From Utricularia gibba (Eukaryota > Plantae > Magnoliophyta), in NCBI GenBank assembly GCA_002189035.1, contig CM007990.1, positions 3,596,001 to 3,660,000 of the forward strand: 64,000 nucleotides of DNA. The letters run 5' to 3'. Every line of letters begins with the position of its first letter. The stretch's first letter is position 1. Below the pieces are notes generated by a model. The model was not told the DNA's origin and did not search any database. It saw nothing but the letters and a program-made list of their open reading frames with translations. The position numbers were made by a program, and so were the translations under genes. Below, in pieces: positions 51,918-64,000 of this stretch.

Positions 51918-52279
51918 CTAAACAAGAGTATATTAACTTGAGAACTCTTCCACTACGACTTAGTCACATTCCGTTATATCATTTGTAAAATATCATGGAT
52001 TTGTAAAATATCATTTGCTTTATGATCAATCATGCGATAGTGATTTCTTAGAGATGTATCTCTAAATGTTTTAATGCGGATGATGTTTCTCTATCCATTA
52101 TAAAAAAACAAAAATATTGATGTAGATGGTAATAATTATATTTTTGACAGTCACAATCCAATGAAAATTATTCCTAGGAAACATAGTTCATTTATATTTT
52201 CCTTTTCATCATCATCTTACAATTATGTTGATTAAATTAAATTGTATAATCATATCTGAATTGTTGAGTGTGTTGATGA

Positions 52280-52500
52280 TGATAACTTTGATATTTTGGA
52301 TTGGTAGAAGACAAAGTCTACTACTTATCTAATATTGACTAGAATGGCCAAAGATATGCTAAGACCTTCAATGTCTACAATGGAATATGAAAGTGCTTTT
52401 AGTGCAAGTGGGTGAGTCCTTAATCCCAGATGATCAGAATTGAACATAGAAACCTTAAAAGCATGCATTTTTCTAAAAGATTGGCTGGAAACAATTAAAG
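52280..52500 (+). pseudogene. hAT C-terminal dimerisation-domain fragment
   Basis: FDILDW*KTKSTTYLILTRMAKDML..STMEYESAFSASG*VLNPR*SEL..TLKACIFLKDWL. Confidence 0.85.
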
Positions 52501-53179
52501 GTTGTCATTGAGTTCGAGTAAGGATGAAGTTGAAAACTCATAAACATTTTTTGATTTAACAAAATGATTATTTGTAATGGAATTTTTTATTTGCATCATT
52601 ATTTATGCTTTGGTTAAAAAGTGTGTTCGGATGACAAGTATTTTTCAAATAAGTTTCTAAATACAGTACAAATACATTCGAGGAAATAAACTAAATTGTA
52701 TTCAAGAATTGGTAGACACTCTTGCCATATGTTAAAGAAGTATAGAAATAGTCTAGGACGCCCTTATGAGAATCTAGAAAATCCTCTAAAGAACGATATG
52801 TATCCGAGACACCCACAATGTCTCAAGCGATTTGCATTACGTTTTGATCAAGTGCGTTTTTTTTAAATATGTAATGTCATTAGAATCTTAGTTGTTATTT
52901 TGACCAAGTATATTATTTTATTTTAATTTTTTGTTAATCAAACCTTAGATGTTTTTTTGATCAAGTGAATTTTTATTCTAAATTTATACTACGTGTCATT
53001 TAATCATTTGAAATATTTTGAATCGAGTTCTTATTTGTTTTATATTTCACTTATCTAAACAGCAATAACCTTGAAAAACTATAAACTAAATAACAGTAAT
53101 CTTAACAACTGCAAACTCAAAGATAAAGTCAACAACCGAGGTATCTGAAATATTACATAATTGTTTAAAACAATGTTGA

Positions 53180-55050
53180 CTTGAATATGACTCTAAATAT
53201 TCACAAGGCATGCATAGTAATCCAACAAAGGATGCTCGTCAAGTATTAGAGATTGACCTAATCGGAAGTCATTGACAAAGCTCAGAACGTCATGAGCATG
53301 AAGTAACATATAATATTTAGTGACATATCCTCCCTATTATTGTGCACATAATGAGCTAGAAAAATAGCAATGTTTTCCTGAAAAATGCAGGTTTAGTTGC
53401 GATATATAACATGGTTCACATTCATTGCAAATAGAAAAAAATGACTCACTGGATTTCTCATTGACTTCTAAATTGAATCTTCAATCAAGAGAGTATTGTG
53501 ACGATCATACCTTCTATTCAACTCATTGTTTCCAGTTAATATATGCCTCAACTCCTTCAAAAAGACCGTGTTGTTAAGATTGGTGTAAACACATACACTT
53601 GTTTCCATATTCATTGATTGATCCCATACGAAAATTAGTATGTCGAACAATGATAATGGAAAGATCTATCGAGTGATTGCCTGTAATTAATTCCTACAAA
53701 GGGACATCCTTCATAGTTGTACATCCCTCCTTGATTATGTGTTAAGTGTGATTTTAGTATCACATTTTATATCATTTTTTAGACTTAATTGTCATTATAA
53801 TTATCTAATTATAAATCTATAATATAAGTTTTAAGTTTTATTAATACAATTTATCTAATGTTTTTAGTTTTGTTTTATTTAAGTTTTATAAGAGTCGAAC
53901 ACATGGCAGAAAAAACAGAAAAGAGAGAGCACAAAGTGACAAATTGGATCTTCCCGAATGACATTCTCCTTAATTTCCAAAAGAATAGAGATATCTACTG
54001 ATGAGTCTTGGCATGCAGGACATAAAAGGTCCCTTATAAGACACTAGAGACCACTACAGAATTAAGAGGGGAGCCTTTTGTGAAATTGAGTTTTAGGTTA
54101 GACTTATTTTATCTGTTTATAGGATTTTCCTATACCTTCTTACTAATTCCATTTTCAATTTCTTGCTTTGTATGGCTGTTCACAATTAAAAACCTTTGTT
54201 TCTCGGTTGGAAGACTTTCACCTCTACATTAGTTGATCTCCACTTTTTCTTTGAATTTGATCGGGTTTTATATATCTCCACATAAACAATTTGCAATCTT
54301 TTTGTAATGACCATTTATTCAAGATTTATGTTTGACCACTAGCTATGAATTTTGAAGAGGGGTAAGATGGAAAGCACCAACTCATATACTTTTTATTTGA
54401 GGAAGATAATGTTGTGTTTATGATCATACTTCAGGTTAAATGGACAGCTAGTAACCTCGTATATGGATACATTTGTTTATAGACAACACTCGTACACATG
54501 CGCACAATTTGATCATGAGGGTAATGATGGCTTGACCTCTTATCTTCCCATTTGTTCAAGAGGAGCAACATCGAGCAATTCTTGTGCTTCCTTGCAAGAG
54601 AATGTAGGCAATTTCATATTTTCATAATCAAATATTCAAGAGTAGAAAGAAGAGGGGAGATACAACGAACGTAGCTAGGTAGAATTTAGATACTAGAAAC
54701 AATTCTTTTATTTAACATTTATTATTAAGTTCACTTCTATAGTTTGTCTTATATTTTTTTACAAACTCATTTACAAAATCATGACAGTTTGAATTTGGTT
54801 CAAACCTCACCATTCTCTCAAAAATCCACTCATTGTGATCGAAACTCATACTATATTTTTTGTGTTTTACGTTCTAAAAATATTTGAAAATTTATTGTGG
54901 AATGACATGCATTATTTTGATAAAATGCATTGATTTCTTCACAAGCATTTCATGAATCCTAGGTCCTAAATCAATATGAGATGGAATGGAACTTGAGATT
55001 CCTTGATATCTTTATGTTAGTAGGGCTTGAAGACCAAACTTCAATGTATC
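53180..55050 (-). pseudogene. FCP1/NIF-like phosphatase pseudogene, copy 2, split by a solo LTR
   Basis: ILIFVWDQSMNMETSV..TVFLKELRHI..YDRHNTLLIEDSI*KSMRNP, then a GT-AG intron, then ENIAIFLAHY..NREDMSL..AHDVLSFV..LGQSLILDEHPLLDYY. A weaker N-terminal match (PRIHEMLVKKSMHF) lies right of the LTR at ~54920-55000. Confidence 0.78.
53740..54914 (+). mobile_element. Solo LTR (family A-related), degenerate TSD TTATG/TTTTG
   Basis: Starts TGTTAAGTGTG, ends GACATGCATTA; 4/5 TSD. Confidence 0.8.
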
Positions 55051-56251
55051 ACTCATTGCCAAAAGTTGCACCAAGGCTTAATTGTCTACTGTATTGATCG
55101 TTTTTGCAGTTCCAATATTTCCTCTAGGTGGCCTAAATGAGTGCTCATACCAATTCTTTGAGTAGGAGTTTGCTACCATTTGTTCAATCAATCTACAAGT
55201 ATCACCACTCTGGTGGTTGCCAAGTAATGACCCATTACAAGTGGCATCTATCTGTTCTCTAATCATTGGGGTCAATCTTTCATTAAAGTGATGTAAAATT
55301 TGACATTCAATGAGTCCATGCTGCAAGTATGAATTGCAAATTTGATTGAAGCGATTGTAATACTCCTGTAAATTTTCTCCTTCATTTTGCATCATGATCT
55401 TCAAAGCTCTTCTTCCAAATGAAACTCTTCCTAGTGGTGCATAAAGATCCAAACATTTTTCAATCATTTGTTCCCATGTAGTGATAGAAGATGGAAGAAG
55501 CCCATAACAGCACTCCATTGCTCCTTTGGGACACATGGATGCACAAGCTATGTGCAACTCTTCAAGATGATGATAAAGAGTCATCATTTTCCCTTCTAGA
55601 AAATCAAGGAGCATCTAGAACAAGTATAAATGTAGTTCATAGCCTTGTCTTCTTTACCATCAAAGATGATGGATAATGAGAGGTTAGAATGATTTGCAAT
55701 GATTTCATTCTTAATGGTTCGTAATGCTAGTTAACGGGAGGTAACACATGAAAATTTCTTTGATGTTGTTCTCCTTGGGTCTTAAGTAATATGGGTACTA
55801 CAATAGGTACATGTGTTGCCATGATCTCTCTAGTAGTTGAACATGAAATCTTCTCCTTCTTTATGGCAAGAAAGATTCGTTCAATCTCTTGTCTCACAAG
55901 ATACAAGATGTCTCATAAAGATCTAAAACTCGGATGAAACCTTGATCGATCTGGTGGCATAAAAAAAGAAAACCGAGCAGAAAAAGAAACCACAAGAAAA
56001 AGAAAAAAAAAATAGGGAAAAAAAAAAATAACACACAACACCAAATGCAGGAATAATCAACTTCCAGACAATGGCACCAAAAAGTTGATGCATGTCATTC
56101 CATAAGAAATTCTATAAGAATTTAAAATGTAAAACAAAGGTTTAATAGGAGCATTGATCAAAGAGAGTTGATTTTCAAGAGAAATATAAAGTTTAAATTG
56201 ATTACAAACTGTAATGACGTTGTAAACAAGGTTGTGAAGGTAAATAGCAAA

Positions 56252-58276
<2,025 letters not shown>

Positions 58277-59410
58277 AAATAGCAAAAGATACATAAATGG
58301 TGAAACTTAAGTAAAAAAAAAAGTAAAATAAACATCACAAACAAACTTAATGATAAACCATAAGTAGAAGAATTGTTCATGAGATATGGAATCATTTTCA
58401 ACTATATTCGTTATATCTTTACTCCTCTTTGCTTTTTTTAGTACTCAATTATAATAACAAGAAATTGTCTACATTCTCTTATACTCATTTACAAGAAAGC
58501 ACAAGAATTGTCTCATGTCGCACCCCCTTATTCGAATGGAAAGATAAAAGGTCTAGATGTCAATTATCTTCACGATCAAAATACGTGCGTGTGCAGAATG
58601 TTGCCAATGATTCAATGTTCTAAATATGAAGTTACTATCTATCCATTGCTGTGAGGTATGTTCACAAGTAAAACATTGTCTTCCTTAATCCAAAATAGTG
58701 TGAGTTAGTGGTTTTTACCTTACTCCTCTTCAAAACGTGTGAGCAATGATCACCTCTTCTTAAATCTTGACAAGGGAGTTGTTATCGAAAGACTTTATTG
58801 TAATCACATGGAGACATGTGAAACCTAATTGAATTAAAAAAGAAGTGAAGAATTATTCATGAAACGTAGTACGAGAAGTCTTCCAACCCAAAAATGAAGA
58901 CTTGAATCATGAACAGTTATGCAAAACATAAAACTTAAGGATAAAATAAAAAGTAGCTAGAAAGTTCTCTTGAGAGATACGAATTCAAAATCTAAACTAA
59001 AAACTAGAAAGACAAATCTATTATTGTTTACACTTGCTAGCCCCATAAACTTTGCTGCTACGTTTACGTGCCTTTCAAGAAACCTTACTATTGCTCTAAT
59101 ACTAAAACTCAATATTTTCTCATCTTTAATATCATACATAATTCCAGAAATCATGGAAGATATTTTTTTGAAGAGGATCTTTGTTGTTACCTTCTATTTC
59201 CTTGTTTTTCAACCATCTGCCATGTGTACCTCTCTAACAATACACTCAAAAACAACCAAATTCAATAAAAGATTAAATAAAACATAATAATAAAAATGAT
59301 TACCCTAGTATAAGTAAACCTAGAACTTATTTTGTAAACTTTTAATTGATAACTTTAATCACATTGAAATAAAAAAAATATAAAATATGATAATAAAATA
59401 ACACTTAACA

Positions 59411-62200
59411 ATGGGCAAGCTAATGTTTGATGTAGGTTGTGGATTCACTTGTTTCTCTGCAGTGTGGAAGTGATGTGATGTGTTTGGCCATTGGAGCTGG
59501 TAGTCATTGAAGTACAATCTCAAGTCACAAATTCTAACATTTTTCTAAAGTGTTTCTTTGTTTAGGGTTAGATTAAAAAATAACTATTGTGCAATTATTA
59601 TAGATAAATTTACCAAGTTAGTTATGGGGAAAAGACGAATTTATCATGTATGTTTCATGATTTGGAGAATTATGTAATATGTATTTGATAATAGTTAATT
59701 TCACTACAAATCAATTTTATGTTATAGTTTATATCATTTTTTATTATAGGAATATATCTATGCATCCCTAATATTAAACCTGCTAAAATCCCTAATGATA
59801 ATTTCTTCTTCATTCAATACTTTATATCACCATACTATTCAAACATTAGTCAAACAATTTCTTTTCATCATTAAAAATCTCTTCTCTTGATGTTGGATGA
59901 TTTCTAAAGTGCATATGTTTTTTCTTCTACTTGTCCTTATTTTCTAATTGATGTTGTTTATATTGATAAATATTTTTTCTTTATAAAAATATATCCTCTT
60001 ATTTATGGATGAGTTTCTCACTCATTTTTAAGTTTTGCAAAGGTGAGGAGGAGAGTTGTTTTGCAAAAGTGGAAGAATGGTGAGTATGGTTGCTCTCTAG
60101 CCAAAGCAATGGATGTATGACTTAGCAAATTTTTGAGTTTTTAGGTTATGATACCTAAGGTGAATGAATGTGATTTAAAAGTGGTTTAGAGTCTGAGTCA
60201 AGGTAAGAGGGATGATTACTTTTGAAGCTTTGTTTTGAAACTGATTTCTAAAAATTTATGCGACTGTAATGTTGGTACTTGATTTTCATTATTTTTTATG
60301 TGATTTCGAATGTGTGTTTATTGTAGTTTTTTGTATCTCTTTCTGAAACTACTTCCATTGCATGAAAATTCTAACAAAGGAGTAGGTTATGATGTATTTA
60401 CCGAAATTATTATGTTTTGTGTTATCTCATAAAATTGTTTTCAAGTCCCAAAAGTATGGCTATTTTTGCTAAGGATAGCCACTCCTAATAGCTTTTAGAT
60501 AGTGTGTGTATGTTGTAACTTGTGCAATTTGTATATCTATATATTATATAATAAACAAGTTAGGAAAAAATAATAGAGGTATGAACACATATTTCCAACA
60601 ACATGATTGTACCACGGGTGTGACGGCTAATATTTCAGGCATTTCTAAGATACCACAGATAAGTGGAAGGCCAAAAAATATGAAAGTGAAGCAAAAAAGA
60701 TATAATGTTATGTATAAATTGAGTTTGTGATTCTGTTGTCAGAGGTAGCTTGATCATGGAACCATGTATACTAACACCTTATATCTTACCTATCATAGTC
60801 TGATAGCAATACCACGGCTAGATGGTATGAAAAGTGTGAAAAGATAGTTATAAGAACTTACAATGTGTTTTAAGTTTTTTTCATAAACTCTTTGTATTCT
60901 TTCTTTCTATGTTTTTATGATTTTGACTTGTTTTAAAACTCAAAAGCATGAACATTTTTTTCTTTATTTCAGGGGATGTCGAGAGCTAGTAGAGATCCGA
61001 TGATCAATCAAATTTTTCCAAATCATATAGATGTATGTGTAATAGCACAGCTTGTTTGCTAGGTGTGGTTGAGTATGATATATCGATATACAATGTATAT
61101 TATGTTTCGAACTTATGTGCTTATGAACTACATTAGACACAAAGTACTTGGATAGAATCTTATGTCCTATTTACTTACGTATTTACTATCTTGATGTCAA
61201 TAAATCATGTTAAGAAAGACATCTTGAGTTCTAATTTTTTGTTAGGACTGAGTGGTCCCGACTCATTTTCCCAGAACCTGAAAGTGGATCATAACAGATT
61301 AGATGATATATGTTTGACATTTTGGTATAGCATTTATCAATGAATAATGTCTCCAGTGCATCTGATGATTTAGTTGATTGCATAATAAATTTTGAGAACG
61401 GCAAACATCCTATTGAATTATCTATTTTATATGACAATGAAAAAGATTGTGTAAATAGTTTACAAGACTCAAATTACAAGAGAAATATCAATAAAAGTTT
61501 TGAAACAAATATTAATTACAATGAACTTACAATTATAGAGGCACAAGTGCAAATTGAGTGTCTTGAGTTTGAAAATGGTGTTGATAATGTTATACTCACT
61601 ATTAATGGTGAGGAACTAACATTTTTTGGTTAGGATGACAGCGATAAATATCATCAAACGGAAAAAGAAGCAGCAAAGAAAAAAAGAAGTGTGTAAATAT
61701 TGCTAGTGAGAATCCTAATCTATACATACGAATGAAATTTCGATCGAAAGAGGCAAAAGTAGTGATAAAGGCTCATTACTTTAGATGAGAAATGTCTATT
61801 TCCCTTTCTAAATATGACGAACGTATACTTTTGGTAAAAGGTTGTTCTTGGCAGGGGGATAGCAACAACTTTGCATAAAGGTCCATGAAAATTAAGAATA
61901 TTGCATAAATAATCTAATGAATGTGGGTCTTGGATGTTAACAAATCTAGGTTAGCCAAGACATTTGCGATAAAATTAAGAGAGAATATGAGGTTAAAGAG
62001 AACAGATTTTTGAAATATAATAGGACAGAATCTTGACATTTTGATTTCAATGGATCAAGCTTATCAAGTTAGAGAGATTGCACAAAATATCATATGACAT
62101 GATGTGGAACAATATGCATTGCTTTCAAGGTATATAAAGAATCGAAAAGGCAAAATGAGGTGACCTGTGTGTTACTTATTAATCATTTTGGCAAGGTTTA
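59411..62200 (+). mobile_element. Degenerate MuDR-family element, copy 2, with transposase N-terminal relic
   Basis: Homology to 19770-22795 and 28773-28930. KGCSW..MKIKN and KTFAIKLREN..ISMDQAYQVREIAQNII*..EQYALLSRYIK match the MuDR motif (VSxxKAYRAKxxA..QYxxLxxY). The right boundary is not resolved. Confidence 0.72.
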
Positions 62201-63146
62201 TGACACTGGAGATGTTGGCACAATTGTAGAATCATTTCCCAATGAACAATTACTTTCAAGTAAGATTATAAACTGGGAATGAGGTTTTACTCTTATTGTT
62301 AATTTTATTTTAGGAGAAATTGTAAAAGTTAGAAATGTATGCCATGAAAGGAGCATGTTTTTGAATGATAACGAATGTCATATTTGGGATGATTCATATT
62401 GGTGAAGGAGATGGAGTTTAGTAAATTAGTTACTATATTGCAGTACTCCATGTGTTTCATTTCCTTTAATGTTATACGAATTAGCAGAAGCTCTACGATA
62501 CTTCTAACATTTATGAGTCACATGATCAATACTGCTTACTAATGCAAGAAGATTGCAGTGGAATTGTATCTATTTTGGTGAATGTTTTGGCATGAGGTGT
62601 TGTATCATGAAGCATGAAGATATTGATGTTTTTCTACTTGTCAAAACTAAAAGAATCAATAACCTTATGGAGTGTTTGATGTGCGCTCTATGTTAGATTG
62701 ACTGCCAAAACATAATGATTTAGGTTTATTGAATTGTTTGCCAAAACATAACAAATTTTGTCACTTGGGATGACATTCATACCTAATTTTTTTTTCAAAT
62801 TTCGGTTTTACTTAGCTAAGTTCTATGTTTACTAGTTCTTTTGTTGATTCATGCCAAGACTACAAATGTAGCTCGAGCGTTGCACAGAAGGAGACAAGAG
62901 CAAACACCACAACAACTGTCTGAACACTAGACATATCAACCCCTATCTAGACATCAAACAGAGCTAGTCTTTCACAAACTAGGGGGATGTTGCACTCATC
63001 CCAAATGTAGGACACTGAGAGAGATTAAACTTTTGGAGATTATGTATTTTGGCTCTTTAGAGAGGGATACGATGCAGAAGAAGGAATCCAATGCTGAAAT
63101 ATCTAGTTGAGCATAATGCATTTTGACAAGATACACTTGAATTATG

Positions 63147-63358
63147 TATTGTTCATCATTGTTGTGCCTTGTTTGAGCAGAAGAAGGTATCATGACTTTG
63201 GGATATATATTGTTCATCATTGTTGTGACTTGTTTGAGCATAAGAAGATATCATGACTTTGGGATATATATTGCTCATCATTGTTGTGCCTTGTTTGAGC
63301 ATAAGAAGGTGTCATGACTTTGGGATATATATTGCTCATCATTGTTGTGCCTTATTTG
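63147..63358 (+). repeat. 61-bp tandem repeat, ~3.5 copies
   Basis: Unit TATTGTTCATCATTGTTGTGCCTTGTTTGAGCAGAAGAAGGTATCATGACTTTGGGATATA starts at 63147, 63208, 63269 and 63330 (partial). Confidence 0.95.
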
Positions 63359-64000
63359 ACACTATGTAAGGATTAAAAGCCACAAGTTTGATAATAAACA
63401 CTATAAAGAACGGGACTAGATGTGATAAAAACCATGATAATAGGAATATAAGAGAAATAATAATTTGTATCTCAATATGCTAAAATCAAGCTATGCCATG
63501 CCACCCATCAAAAATTAAGTTACCTGAAGATTTTGGCAGTGGAAAGTCCATTTAAATCTCATTTTATATTAAATAATATATGCCACTAATCATAGGCTAG
63601 ATAATTAATATCATGTGGTATGATATTTGGAATATATTGTTATATAAATCTTGAGTCATAGTCTAAAAAATAATATTATAATTTACTAAAAACGTTAGTT
63701 AGTTGTTCCTTAAACTTATTTTTTTGTCAATTAATGGATTGTTCGTCTTCAATATTTCAAAACAATTCTATTTTGGTAATATTTCATAAAATATTATCTA
63801 TTTTTAACTTTTCATAAAAAAATATTTAAATTATCGATATATGAATGTAATTATAAAAGTGTTTGGATTACGAATCATTATTTGAATAGCATATTGTGTG
63901 AAACACGTATAACTTTTTTAAAAAAATCTTATTAAACCATTATCCTAAACGAGTCATTATGCTAAAGGAGTAATTATTTAAAGTCCACGTTTCCATTAAA

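Noticed and set aside
47250-52500. Joining the two hAT relics into one element
   Set aside because: They are on opposite strands, so they are not collinear parts of one transposase.
62981-63000. AGGGGGA-TGTTG as a PPT plus 3' LTR start
   Set aside because: No matching second LTR, TSD or pol sequence in the window; could be a retroelement 3' non-coding motif.
63147-63358. CRISPR-like array
   Set aside because: Contiguous tandem units with no unique spacers, no cas genes, and a eukaryotic context.

Overview
Angiosperm nuclear DNA: a small gene island in the first ~19 kb, then ~45 kb made up mostly of nested, decayed transposons. Intact genes, all on the minus strand: an intronless type II membrane protein of unknown function with GT-A-like motifs (6838-8208), an 8-exon, three-CRM-domain organellar splicing factor of the CRS1/CFM3 subfamily with a GC-AG intron (11224-14363), and a GT61 (MUCI21/XAT-like) glycosyltransferase (16671-18334). 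A second GT61 copy 24 kb away (40831-42352) carries three single-base frameshifts. TE content: a TIR-bounded Mutator-like element with convergent mudrA and plant-mobile-domain (PMD) genes, flanked by an unusual 170-186 bp direct repeat; two copies of another MuDR family; a Copia element with TSD holding two oppositely oriented Athila-type solo LTRs; further solo LTRs, Athila gag/PBS remnants, and PIF/Harbinger, hAT and Angela-like Copia relics; a non-autonomous MULE with a 10-bp TSD and a (TTA)~70 tract. Two decayed FCP1/NIF-like phosphatase genes lie among these TEs. I saw no rRNA, tRNA or CRISPR. All family assignments come from reading motifs by eye, with no database search. I cannot confirm a wholly new system. 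The best leads are the PMD-MULE with its long flanking direct repeats, the TE-embedded NIF phosphatases and the GT-like unknown gene beside the GT61 pair.
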